DNA of 63,085 nt, filler included, from Bigelowiella natans CCMP2755 (lineage: Eukaryota; Protista; Cercozoa), in NCBI GenBank assembly GCA_000320545.1. It is 6 parts of 6 records of this genome, joined end to end, with 100 filler letters (N's around TTAATTAATTAA, not from the genome) between each part and the next. Parts side by side here need not be neighbours in the genome. Positions count along the whole stretch, not along the records: positions 33,950 to 39,731 come from ADNK01000706.1; positions 39,832 to 44,200 come from ADNK01002583.1; positions 44,301 to 59,983 come from ADNK01000430.1; 3 more parts are not named here. One strand, written 5' to 3'. The notes beneath the pieces are model-generated. The model saw only the letters and a list, made by a program, of their open reading frames with translations, did not search any database and was not told the DNA's origin. This document shows positions 36,727 through 50,093 of this stretch, piece after piece. The translations under genes and the position numbers were made by a program. Numbering within the stretch: position 1 is the first letter of the stretch; each line of letters begins with the position of its first letter.

Positions 36727-39445
36727 CATATACATTCTCATCTTTTGGCGTGGATGTGGTTCTACTGACTGCACTTGCGTGCATATGCGCGCACAAAACC
36801 ACGTACGAACGTGACACATACTGATCAGGCTTATGAGCCGAAGACAGGAGGATGGCGGAACTCCGCTGAAAAGCGTCCTCGGGTTGTCCATTGCGTAGTA
36901 GCAGTAGTAAGTAGTAGTAGTAAGTAGTAGTAGCAGTGAACCTGCCTCCCCCCTCTCCCAAGGAGATTTTGCGGAGATTTTTTCATCCTTACAATGTGTG
37001 TTTCCTCCACCACACGCGTGCACGTCATTCGTTAGCCTGAGTCCGAGCTCATCCTCGCCAAGCACAAGATCAACTTGGGGAAGGTATTAGATGCTACGCA
37101 CAAAGACGGCCATCGAATGCAGTGCACGGCAGTGTGTGTGGGGGGAGGGGGGGGCAAATGAACTATTGCAAGGAATAAATTTTCATTCAACAAGAATGAA
37201 GAATTAGTGGCTTATAAGGACCTCCAGAGGGAGTTTCTTAAATGATAATGGGGAGTCAGGAGGCGTCCATCTCGCTGATGCCACGTTCATTGCAACCCGG
37301 CCCCAACACGACGGCGCCAGCGAGCAGCATGCATTGCCTCCCCACGCTTGAGAAACGACATTATCACCATCATCGTAGGTTCGCATACGCGCCGTGATTC
37401 AACGCCTCTGGAGCCTTCCCATTGCTGAGCCTAAGGAGAAGGCAGCAGCCGCCGCAGGAGGGGGAGATGGCGACCATAGCGATTCTGATAGCAAGGCTGA
37501 GGCTTTCACCATGAAGGACGACGAGGCCCCTCTCCCCCCCCCCCCTTCGCGTTCGCCTTCGTTCTCACTCTCCCCACCCCCCTCGGAAGATACTCCTCGG
37601 GCTGATAAGTCTATTGCAACTAGTTGCCTGTCCGCCTCCCCCCCGTCCGGTCGTCCTGAAGAAATAGCTGCGGAAGCTGCAGGAGGGGTGGGGGTGGGGG
37701 CAGCGCTAAGTCCCCGGCGCTTCCAAAGCAAGAGGAGGAAGGGCCGCTGCCTCTCCTAGAAGACGGCCAAACTTCCACAGTAGAAACAGAAACAACTACT
37801 GCGAATATTGGTGGGGGGGGGTCACATGAGAAGGAAGAGAAAGGAGAGAAGGAGGAGGAGGAGGAGGAGGAGGAGGAGGAGGAGATGGATTATGAGGAGG
37901 ACGAGGAAGAGCGCAACGCGCGGTGCATTGCGTGCAATTCTGGGGACTCGGACGAGCCAACGAGCTGCTGCGGTGTGATACAAGCTGTGTAGGAAGTTTT
38001 GTCATCAACTCTGCTTCGACCCCCACTAACACAATCTGTGGAAGAACTCATGGAGCTGTTAGATGGAGAGGTAAGGGAGGCTGCAGAACGACAAAAAACC
38101 AACGAGACGAACTTCCTCCCCCCCACCCCCCCCCTTCCCTCCTCCCCTCACCTCCAAACCTAGTTTCCTTCTCTCGATGATGATCCCCCTTGACGATTAT
38201 ACACTCCTCCTTTTGTTTGTGTGCTTTGAACCGTTTGCGTCGGTTTTTGTTAGTTTTTCTGTCATCGCTGCGCCTGCTCGCGGGACTGCCTCGAAAGGAT
38301 AAACCAGCACTTCCAAACGTCGTATAGCGAGGGTGACAATCTGTTTGAAGGTCAATAGTAGTTATCGTCAACTCGCCTAGAAATCCAATAAGGGCAGGGC
38401 AGAGTGAATACACTGGGAGGGGGGAGGCAGCACACGTTCGGGCCATCATTTTTATTTTTGGTTTTCGTAAAGCGCATTTTCCTCCTTCTGCGATCTGCCC
38501 AAAAACAAGTAGATATCGAACGGATGGAAGCGCTTCACTATCGTCACCTCGCGGGATTCGGCCGTGGCAGCAATGAGAACGATCATGGAGGAGAATCGAA
38601 AGTTTGAGCAGGCCCAGGCGGAAGTCCAAGCAGCCAAGGAAGAAATGGCAGAGGGGGGGGGGGCGAAGGAACAGGACGAGCTTGCGGATGCGACAGGTTT
38701 CAAAGTGAAGGTTGTGCTGCAAACTTGATCTTCTTACATTCCTCCTCTTGGCCTAGTAGTAGATGAGAAGATTCGAGGGTGATAATGACGATGATGCTGC
38801 TGCTGATGATGACGATGATGACGATGATGACGATGATGACGATGATGATTATGGTGATGATGATGCGAAAAATATAACAATTGTGCACACAACTCCATAT
38901 GAGCGCTATCTTGCATATGTCAGTTGGAAGAGGGAGGCGCTGCCCGCAACGACGAACGCGTGAAAGCGAAAGAAGAATTCAAGGAAAAAAAAGTGAAGGG
39001 GGAGGGGAAGGTGGGCGAGGGCATTGGCGGCGACAAGGACGCTGTAGTCAAAAAAGCGGACAAAATCGTTTCCGGTGGTGATGATGACGATGATAATGAG
39101 GAGGAGGAGGAGGAGGAGGAGGAGGAGGAGAAAGATGAAGACGAGGACGTAGAATGGACGCCCGACCCCTCAGAATCCGATGATAACTCTCAATCTGATG
39201 ATTCGGATGAAGATGAAGATGAAGATGAAGACGAAGACGAGGACGACGACGACGACGATGGTGGTGGTGATGATGATAAGAACACAACGAGCCAAGGCAG
39301 TGGTGTTGCTTCAGGCCGGAAACAGAGAAAAGCCCGTTTGAAGGGAGATGCCTGGCGACGGCTACTCGACTTAGAGAGGGGAAAGAGCGTAGGAATGTAC
39401 GATACGAATGATGCGTACTCGCAATGGTGGCAGCAGACCATAGAG
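35159..39445 (+). CDS. PHD-finger protein resembling plant HAT3.1/PRH (partial; three apparent 1-nt deletions in the PHD exon)
   Basis: Exons give WRRIKSKVKYEL...AYIDAYEPKTGGWR..EK...PESELILAKHKI (cf. HAT3.1 LIDAYS.EGWKG...PEKEL.RA). Repaired PHD reads CIACNSGDSDExNELLRCDTSCxRKFCHQLCFDPPL...FFCHRCACSRDCLERINQHFQT, followed by acidic tracts. Confidence 0.7.
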
Positions 39446-39488
39446 GTAGGCGAAACATGCATGCGTGTACGTGCGTGTGTTTGTGTGT

Positions 39489-39529
<41 letters not shown>

Positions 39530-39731
39530 TGCGTTGTTGTAGTGATGAGGTCAACGATTTCCTATGCACTGTGAAGCATGGTGGGGGCGGGCGCTTTCGA
39601 TAAAATTGCGATCGCAGCTTATCGAGCAGCAGAGCGAGTGCAAAACACCAACATCCCGGGTTGTTTTGCCGTCCCTTCGTGTGTTGCGCGTGCGTGTGTA
39701 GGGAGAGGAGGAGCTCATCGATAACGAATAT

Positions 39732-39831
39732 NNNNNNNNNNNNNNNNNNNNNNNNNNNNNNNNNNNNNNNNNNNNTTAATTAATTAANNNNNNNNNNNNN
39801 NNNNNNNNNNNNNNNNNNNNNNNNNNNNNNN
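39732..39831. other. Artificial contig linker
   Basis: N..TTAATTAATTAA..N, 100 nt. Confidence 0.97.
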
Positions 39832-40113
39832 AGGGGGGGGGGAGTTTGTTCATTCGACAGTGTGTCGATGTTGTGCATAAATGGAGAAACGATTCACTTA
39901 TATGGAGGCAGGTTTGCAATATCATCATCATTCGTATCACTCTCACGAGCTGCGCTGGTAAGTGTAGTATCATCATTCATTGGAGGCTTGTTCAGACAAC
40001 TATGTTGGGTATGATTGCACCACCACCACCACCACCACCACCACCACCATCGCCACCACCACCACTACTACTATTGCAACTATCCCTCCAACTTCAAAGA
40101 ACGCTAACAATAC

Positions 40114-41021
40114 CTGATGGCAGTTTTGAGAAGCATATCGTGCGCTCTTTGACGGCCTTCTCCTCCTCTTCCTTCTCCTGTAGGAAAGAAGTAGGATGCA
40201 GCAGCAAATGCACCAGCCGAGTATTATTATTATTATTATTAGTAGTAGTAGTAGTAGCAAGTAGTAGTGTGAAAAGGAGCACGTGAGCGTGTGTGCGGTG
40301 TGTGTGCGTATGTGTGTACGGGAGTGAATTGATTCCATTATGCGTTGTTCCCTCTCTATCGTCTTCGTCGTATAGATCATCTTCATAGTGGCTGCATGTG
40401 GTGGCATCATGCAGACAGACATGACCCGCCCACCACCGCACCCCAAGCAATGAATACGCAAGTAAGTACCTGCTGCTCCTTTCGGGCTCCGGGGAGAGTA
40501 AGGCCTATCTTTCCATGCCTCTCGTCGATAGAAATGATGACCACCTTTACCTGAGGGATGTTGTTGTTGTTATTGTTGTTGTTGTTGTTGTTGATGATGA
40601 TGATGATGGTGAAGATCATGTAACCCTTAGTCTCTCCCCCACACAAACGAAGGACATGGATTGGATTCCCCATTTCTAAGGGAGGGGGGGGGGGGGGGGC
40701 GCTCATCGATAGACACACTCCTTCTCCCTTGCTGCTGCTGCTGCTGCTGCAACCGTGCAGTAGAGCTACCACTTACTACCTTTGTGCCCGCCTCAAGTCG
40801 TGGGGGACGAGATCCCATCTGTTTAATGATTTATATTGTGTCAATTTCTTCAGCATTCCTCTTCGCATTACTGTTGTGCTGCTGCTGCTGCTGAAGAAGA
40901 AGAAGAAGAAGATGATGATGAAGAAGAAGGACACCTGTGATTCATGCAGCAGCGCATCACGCTCTGCTCCCACTAATAACACAGATAATCGAAGAAGACA
41001 ACGGAATTGAGAGAACCAAAA

Positions 41022-41054
<33 letters not shown>

Positions 41055-41077
41055 TTAGAACATTTGCAATACAGCGG

Positions 41078-41112
<35 letters not shown>

Positions 41113-41228
41113 CAGCAATCTAGAAAGCTGTACTCCCCACCGTCAACGAACGCGCCAAAACGAGTCACGCCTTGCACCTGTTTGTGTGTCGGAATCAAAC
41201 TCTCGACATCGTGTGCGGTGCAGCACTA

Positions 41229-41260
<32 letters not shown>

Positions 41261-41320
41261 ATTCTCTCTGGAAGGCTTGCTTTCTTACCGTTCCCTCGAC
41301 CTCGTCGCCGACCTAGATAG

Positions 41321-41354
<34 letters not shown>

Positions 41355-41603
41355 TCAATATCACTATCATCCTCATCGTTATCATCATCACTTCAGTATC
41401 GCCACTGCAACCATCATCGTCGCTCTAATGATGCAGCAGTAGCAGCAGCAGTAGCATCAATAGAAGGTTTCAATGCAAGAGGTGTTACTACCACTACCAC
41501 AGACCTTGTATTCGAAATAGTTTCTTGGGAGGCCCGTTAGTCTCTTTATCGCCCCCTGTTTTTTATGTTATTTATCATATCCATTCGCATCAAATATTAT
41601 ACC

Positions 41604-41639
<36 letters not shown>

Positions 41640-41993
41640 TGCGCGTGCCCGCGCACATTACATCCACCTTTCCCTTCTTTTCTACTTCTTCTATCTCTTC
41701 TTCTTGTTTCTGTACCATGAGCATTTCCACCTCCCCCGCCGGCGGCCGCTCCTCCTTCTCCTCCCTGTACGTTCAAATTGCACAGAGCACCTGTGGAGGG
41801 TACGGGGATCTGCCAGCAGCAGCAGCAGCAGCACCGCCACGGGTGGGAGACGATCAGAGCAAGGAAGATGATGACCGAGACAACAACAACAACAGCAGCA
41901 GCAGTAGTAGTAGTAAGAACACGAACGAACCAATCGCCGGTAGTACACCAACAGAAACAATATGATCACAAAGAAACATTGTAATTGTGTTCT

Positions 41994-42034
<41 letters not shown>

Positions 42035-42035
42035 C

Positions 42036-42069
<34 letters not shown>

Positions 42070-42526
42070 AGCCGTCCTCGTTCTCCCCCCCCACCCCCCC
42101 CCCCCGATTGCCTACTCGCTTATCGCTTACCCCTTCCAAGGTATTGCGTGTCCAAACGATGTGACGTGCGATTGCTGTGGCATCTAAGTAAAAATGGTGG
42201 GTGTGCGTGGTGGAGAAGAAGCACATCTCTACTTTTATAGTTGATGTTATTATATATGCACATATATCAGTATGAAGCAATGTGACTAGCATATCTGAAT
42301 TTCAAGTAGTAGTAGTAGTAGTAGTAGTATTGTTGTCATTGTGTTGTCATGCGTATTACCTTGTTACTACTACTGCTACTACCACTGATGCTAATGATGG
42401 TAATAATAGTAATGATAGTAATAGTAATAGCAATGATGATAGCATAATACCCGTGATATGTTCGGCGGGAAGACAGTGCTCCAGACCAAACTTTCCCTTT
42501 TTGTGATGACGATGATGATTGATGAC

Positions 42527-42561
<35 letters not shown>

Positions 42562-43241
42562 CGGTGACGGCGATGATGATGACGATCGTGATGATGATGA
42601 CGACGATTATGCTAGTATATGACAGTGGTTGTGATCATACAATGGTGATGACGGCGGATCTGAACGCACACACCTGTTTGGCGCGAGTAAGCTCCGTCAT
42701 GTGCGCAAGCGTGCCGCACTTGATTCCAATGTCGTTCACCAGCACACGCACGTAGAGGCCTGCGCCATTGCCAAAACAGAAGGCAGGGGTCCATCATCCA
42801 GCCGTGTAGAAGAAGACGCGAAGCGAACCGACGGAACATGAAGAACACGGCAATAAATAGCACCACCCCCTCAGCATCGTAGGTGATGTGTGTATGTGTT
42901 GCGTTGTGTTTTGCGGTCAAATCCGCTCATGACAGTCACAGTCATCATTATCATCATCATCACTTTCACCACCGCCGCCGCCGCCAGCAAGCAGCAGTAG
43001 TATGGAGAAGTAGCACGAGCATAGGCACCCGCTTATTGGTAATCAACAACAGAACACCGTCAACCCTCTCACCTTTCGAGCACTCTAATTCGATGCGGAA
43101 TTGGGGAAGTTTCTGCGCGATGAATGGATGAATGGATGCACGTAGGGGAGCAGGGACAACGTGAATGGTAAAGAAGCAATGGTTGATTTGGTACAGAATG
43201 TGCATGCGCTTTCACGAACTGCCGGTACATCATACGCAATG

Positions 43242-43285
<44 letters not shown>

Positions 43286-43700
43286 GTGTGTGTGTGCGTG
43301 CACGCGCGCGCGCCTAAAAAGAGCCGCTGCAGCTGCCGTTGTTGGAAGGAAAGGAGGCAGCAGCACCACACCATCTATTACACATCTCGAATACCGCAAC
43401 ACTCGGTTCTACTTTGGTATTGTTTGCATCTTCTTCGTTAAGACTAGCACCTTCTTCTCTGCATCAATGCGCTTCAGCTCGTACAGCGTCACTTTGCGTG
43501 CCTCTCGCTGCACGGTTTTGCCTGAGTATCGGTGGGGGGGGGGGGGAGATGAGGTGGAGCATAGAGTAAGTCACGACGACGTTGGCGAAACCTAACGTTA
43601 AGAAGCTTGGTGGTGTGTTGCTGCATGCTACCGCCGTTGTCATTTCTACATTCTTATCATTCTTATCATCATCATCATCATTATGGTGATACTTCTTCTT

Positions 43701-43750
<50 letters not shown>

Positions 43751-44130
43751 ACTGCTACTGCTACTGGTACCCTGTCTTGCCAGCTTATACATAGGTGTGC
43801 CGTCCTTCTTGCATGCGGAGTACATCGGGGGTGTCTTCTCGGTGGAAAGAACAACAGCGATAACACACAGCAACAATACGGCATTACAACAGGTGTAGCA
43901 GAGAGCAGCGAACAATGATACGCGGGGTGGACGATGGTTGATAGGAAAGACGTCCCGTCACTAAGAAGCAGCAGCGTGATGTGCAGCGCCGATACACGAC
44001 GACCGATCGATCGCAAGAGAAAAGATAGAATACATGCAGAGGAGGGGGAGGAGGAGGAGGAGGAGGAGGAGGAGGAGGAGGAGGATGGAGATAATGCACC
44101 TGCTCGGTCTCCCCACGGAATGATGCAATG
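40114..44130 (-). CDS. truB: tRNA pseudouridine-55 synthase (TruB family) C-terminal half followed by an S1 RNA-binding domain and a probable RRM start; both ends truncated
   Basis: Exons: FRGETEQ|TPPMYSACKKDGTPMYKLARQG|KTVQREARKVTLYEL|..FRIELECSKG|LYVRVLVNDIG.KCGTLAHMTELTRAKQ|GKFGLEHCL. Downstream: VGDEVEGT|VQGVTRFGAFVD|VGAERDALLHESQ|M...|VKVVIISIDERHGKIGLTL (S1), then ERTICFSKLPSG. Confidence 0.85.
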
Positions 44131-44200
44131 CTTCCTCAAAGCTCTGGTGGACATGTGATGTTATTCCTCCAAAAGTTACGTATACTGCGCGCGTGGCGTG

Positions 44201-44300
44201 NNNNNNNNNNNNNNNNNNNNNNNNNNNNNNNNNNNNNNNNNNNNTTAATTAATTAANNNNNNNNNNNNNNNNNNNNNNNNNNNNNNNNNNNNNNNNNNNN
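44201..44300. other. Artificial contig linker
   Basis: N..TTAATTAATTAA..N, 100 nt. Confidence 0.97.
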
Positions 44301-44425
44301 AATACAGAGACTGGCATTGTTGCTCGTAGTCATGTCATCTCCTCCTTCCCCCCTCCTCCTCCTCCTCCTCCTCCTCCTCTGCGTGCTACTTTATGAACGA
44401 ACGATTGTGGTGTTTATCTAAACAG

Positions 44426-44510
44426 AATACGGCAGCTCGCTACGTGCCGTTGTCGCACATCTCGGATCTACAGGTGGATATGCTTTGCTGACCCTACTGA
44501 TGACGACTAC

Positions 44511-44553
<43 letters not shown>

Positions 44554-45532
44554 ATGCTTATGGTGGGGAATTACGATGATTTTTAGGCTAGCTTCGACGT
44601 GTGTAATAGTAGTCTCTCGGAGGAAGCTGTATTGGGTTATGAATATGGTGATATCGATCGTCATCGTCGTCAATGCGTATGATGAGAGCCGAGAGGGAGG
44701 GGGATGGATTGGAAAAAGCAACATGCAAATCACACGTGCATGTAGAGAGAGACAGAAAGGGTGGGGAGGGGGGGAGTGTAGGATGGATGTAGCGCGCCAT
44801 CATCGCACACCATATCTATCATCCTCATTATCATCATCATCATCATCATCATCATGATCATATTACTTCTTCTTCTCCTGCTGCTTCTTACACCAGGATA
44901 TTCGTTGGAGAATGAAAACGCGCTTGTAATTTGGGAGGTAAAATCGCCATCACTATCACTCAACAACAGCCCTATCGCTGTGATAGCTTCTATGCTGCAT
45001 GTTCCAACAACGCGAAATCTAGAAGGTGATGCTTCGAGTTGTTGTTGTTGTTGTTGTTGTCGTCGTTGTCGTCCTCGTCGTATACATCGACTGTTGCATT
45101 TGATGGCCATCCTATAACTCCAAGTGCGTTTTCTTCGTATGTGAGATCGAGATCATCAAGCTTTCACCCCCTCCCCCCTCCTCCTTTTTTCTCCTAGGCG
45201 CAATTTGGGGACTTTGCAAACAACGCTCAGAGTATGATTGACAACTTCATCGCATCGGTGAGGAGGAGGAGGAGAGCAAGAACTACCCCCCCATATTCAT
45301 GGCTTCATTCTAGCGAGATCACGTTGCGTATTGTATACAGGGAGAGGATAAATGGTTGTGCCAGAGTGGGCTTGTGCTGCTGCTACCCCATGGGTACGAC
45401 GGCAATATACGAATATATGGGATGCGCGCGTGTGTGTGTGTGTATTAATGGAAAATATAGACTTTTGCTAGAATTCTCTTTTTTCTTCTCACGTGTGATG
45501 AGTTGATGTTTTACGAGTTTGTGTGTGTATGT

Positions 45533-45573
<41 letters not shown>

Positions 45574-46634
45574 TGTTTCCTTTTCCAAAGTTGGTACCAT
45601 TCAATACATGGACAACTCTCAAGAATGATCATTACCTATTATATCATTCTTATATGATGATGATGATGATGATGATTATCACCTCTTGTATGCAGTTATG
45701 AGGGGCAAGGCCCAGAACATAGCAGTGCCAGGCTCGAAAGGTGATACGTGTACGTGTGAGTGCGCGTGTGAGTGTGTGTGTGTGTGTACAATTTCGCTCC
45801 AAGAAACGTGTATCTGACCAACCATCGTATTCCTCTTCTTAATTCTAAATTGAGTCATATTTAGCTCATTTAGTCTGAGAATGGATGATGAGCCCTACAG
45901 CCATCACAGAAGACGCATATAATCTTTCAAAATACTACTCTCCCCTCGCTCATCCCCCCCCCCCCCCTCCCCCGACCTCGTGTATCATTAAAAAGGTTTT
46001 TGCAGTTGGTAAATGACCATTAGGACCCCCATCTTTCCAGTAATAGCGACCTTAAAACCATGTTGCAAATGTTCTCCAGGGTAAGTTCGTCATTCAAGTG
46101 TTCTCCCCCTTAAACCATCCATCATCTCCCATGCCCTCTCTTTCTCTCGAGGGGTGGCAGCAGTCGTGTTATCAACTCTACACACCATTGTGCTATTCTG
46201 CGTAAAATGATAATAATGACGACCAAAAAAATCCTGCTTGCGCTGACGTCAGCTCCACTCGGATAAGGACGGGACTCTGAGCTTGCAAGAAGTGAAAAGC
46301 CTTGGAATGAAGGAAGAATGGAGAGCATCGTTGAATGCAGAGCTTGAAGGAAATTCGACCTGGTACCTCTACAACTGCTACTGGAGGAGGAGGTGATGCT
46401 AATGTGTGTATAGCAGGAGGTGTAATAGTACAACGGGGAACTAGGGTAAGGAAAGAGGACCTTTTCCCCAACATCATCATGTTTTTGGTTTAGGTGCAAT
46501 CGGCAGCAGCAGTCTAGGCAGCGGCATGGATGATAGTCGTGTTCTTAAGTCTGATTACATCAAGATGATGATGCGGTGGCTCGCAAGGAATGAGGAAGCA
46601 AAGTACACACACACACACACACACACTCACGCGA

Positions 46635-46689
<55 letters not shown>

Positions 46690-47010
46690 AAGAGGGGGGG
46701 GAGAAGGGAGGGAGAAGGGAGCGCTGCGTTAGAGACAATCATCTTGATTTTAATCAGTTCTTAATGCGACGATGATGACGACGATGATGATGGTGATAAA
46801 TAATAATAAAGGCACAATATGTCGGTTTGCAACGTCACAACACCCGCCAACTACTTTCACGTGCTGCGGCGGCAGATCCACCGACCTTACGCGAAACCTC
46901 TCGTCCTTATGTCACCCAAGTATGCACGAAGAGGAGATAGACGTCATTGCTGCTGCTGACCCTGCTGCTATTGCTGCTACTGCTACTACTACTACTTGCG
47001 CTGAATGAAT

Positions 47011-47043
<33 letters not shown>

Positions 47044-47614
47044 GTATCGTGTGTAGTGTTTGCTTGTTAAGAAGGGGGTAGCAAGAGTGTTGCGTTTCAT
47101 CGTCCCAACAGTTGTCTCTGATGATTTCACACAAAAATGGAACATCAGATATCTTCTACACCATGCGGCCGCTGTCTCAGACATAAAGGAGTTCGAGGTG
47201 AGAAATGCTGAAGTTGATGATGGCAACTTAGTGAGCTAGTGTCGGTGCACTTTTTCCAATCGGTGCGTGCGTGCATGTAGAACAAGGAAGCAGCTGAACC
47301 ATTTGTTTGGTGAGGTGGGGCGACATACAACTTCGGATCTTTTGTAGATTTTGCTGTTTCGATACTACTACAGCCGTTGTGTGTGTATGTGTTTTCATTC
47401 TATAGTCATCTCTTGATTGATTGATTGTTGCAAAGACGGGGACTTCCTTCGATCGCGTGATATCGGACCGATCGCCGATGAACAACCTCCGCGACAGCTT
47501 CCTAGCACTCGATCCGGTTCCCCCGTCCCAAACACGGAAAGTCCTCGTGTGCTCTGGGAAGATAGCGTATGCACACAAACGCTTCTATACTTCAATCTTA
47601 ATCGAGCGCGCGCG

Positions 47615-47657
<43 letters not shown>

Positions 47658-48009
47658 TATGTTATATATGACCCCCCTCCTCTCCCACTCCCCTTCCCCT
47701 TTCTATCCTCTGGCCCTCTATATCATAGATACGCGCTCCATCACACGCGCAAGGCGAAACGTGGGAGAGATATCGTGATCGTGCGTCTAGAGCAATTAGC
47801 CCCGTTTCCGGTATATGTGATAACATTCATCGACTCACTGCGAGGCAGAAGAGGAAGAGAGAGAGAAAGCATCATCCTCTCAATGAATACGCCGAATAAT
47901 GTACGTGACAAACAGGCAGCTGAGATGACATCGGTACTGGGACGATACCCGAATGCGCAAATTGTATGGGTGCAAGAGGTACTACTAACTCCTCGTGCGC
48001 ATGATACAG

Positions 48010-48057
<48 letters not shown>

Positions 48058-48396
48058 CATATATTTATATATTATATGTCGAAGAACACATGCATGCAGC
48101 ATCACCGGTCCCAATCAACAGCTTCATTAAATTTGATCCTCATCATACTCTGCCGCTGCTTCTGCTGCTGCTGCTGGGGATAGGAGCCCAAGAACATGGG
48201 CGGCTGGTCTTATGTGCACCCGCGTCTTAGCAACATCCTACGCACGTTGATAGAGAGGGGAGAGCGACGAAGAGGAGGAGAGACACTTGATGTCGTACGA
48301 TATGTCGGACGAGCAGCAAGCGCTACCACTGCCTGCGGGAGCTTCACAATTCACAACAAAGAGAATCGAATGGTAATCAATGATGCTCTCTCTTAA
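44426..48396 (+). CDS. OGDH: 2-oxoglutarate dehydrogenase E1 component, C-terminal part
   Basis: Spliced motifs [108 protein letters not shown]. Stop at 48394-48396. Confidence 0.96.
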
Positions 48397-50093
48397 TCTT
48401 CAAAAAGTATAGCCGTTCCATGCAAGCTATGGTTTCTGTTGGGCCTGCTTATTTCGGTCAAACAGTAGGCTGCTCGCTTGCGAGAGAACACATGTTCATT
48501 TTTTCAACATGAATGTAAAGCAAACACAAAGACTCCGAGCTTGTATGATTCAATACCATTGTCACAAACGCGAACTGAACATTCCATCTCCAGCAAGCGT
48601 TTCCATATCTAGATATGTGCGGTTTATGTTTATAGCGATGGCATACCCTTGATAGATGGTGGAATGTTTGTGTCTCCGCGGCTTGGGGCTGACTAGCTGA
48701 GCTAGCTGCTTTCACATGCTAGCATGTAAGGCCAACCCAAGTAAGGGATAGCATTTGATAATGTCTTAGCCCGCAGGAAGTGTGCATATGCGCTACAATC
48801 TAGCAATTGCAAGATCGAGAGCATGTAATGCACAGCACTGTAGACAGCGCATATTTATATACCTAAATCTACTATGTAGCGTAGTGGGGGCTAGCTAGCT
48901 AGGGGTTTTGTGCCCGCATGCAGCAGCTGTAGGTGTGTACGCTAATCTAGTCAGTAGTGATGTCAGGGTGCAAGTGTAGCTAGGTAGACATGAGAGCTGC
49001 CAAGCTAGCAAGTAACATGTCAAATGCGCACGACACTTCGGCCAGAGCAGATGGTAATGTCGTGCGCCGTGCTAGCGTGTGTCGCTGGTGTTGAGCAGCT
49101 GGGACATATATGTGCACAATCGGTACAGGTACGCGGGCGTCATGATTACACATGCTAGCACGCGCACATGAACTTGTGAGTCCCTACAGATTTAGGCGCC
49201 GGAATGAAGCGTCATTGCTAGATTGCATTGTGCACGTCGTTGTCGTGCTAGATGTAGCTAGAGATGATTGCTTTGCAAACCGTAAATGAAGCTGTGCATG
49301 CTACTGCTAGACTAATGCAAAGCGATGATGAAACAATGATCACTAGCTATAGCTAGCTACACAAATCGAATGTGATGTCACAATATAGCCACATGGACTT
49401 CATGTCTCTTGACGCACGCATGGACTTTGTGTCTCTGTCAAGTCAAAACTGCATGTTTGCAGTAGCAGTCGTGTGGCAGATATGTGCATGCTAGCATGGG
49501 CTATTGGGTTCACAATAAGCGCTCGCTCTTAGCGAGCGGCTTGCTAGCTTGGGTATGTTCCTGCTAGCCTGCTAGCCTGCTCTATGCTAGTGCTGGCCAG
49601 GCTAGCAGGTGCATCGATTTTGTCCCCATTGCCGGTTTTCATTGAAATCTGATCGGCTGATCTTGGCTCACAACCCTATAGCTAGCTGTAGGATTGCACA
49701 AAACGACGAGCACGTTACAACTGCACACATTACATGCTGCATGCTACTAAGTGCTAGAGTGTTCTATGGACTCGATCTTCTTAACAATAAAATACGTACA
49801 AAATTAAGGTATCTACATCATGCCGTTGTGATATGTTAAAGTTTATAATTTATCAGATACACAATAATCGTGCATTTTTCATAGCTTTGACGTACTTGCA
49901 ATGTGTTGCGGCTTCACGCAACGATGAATTTGTAATTGTTACAGTAAGGACAATATGCAATTTTATTTGCATACATAAGCACCCAAACCAAACGTCGACA
50001 TCGAATTTAATAATGTAAACGTAAAAAAAAATAAAGACGCTGAGTCGTGCGCATTTCATCACGATATTGCAACTGATGAACTTCGTGGTAAAT

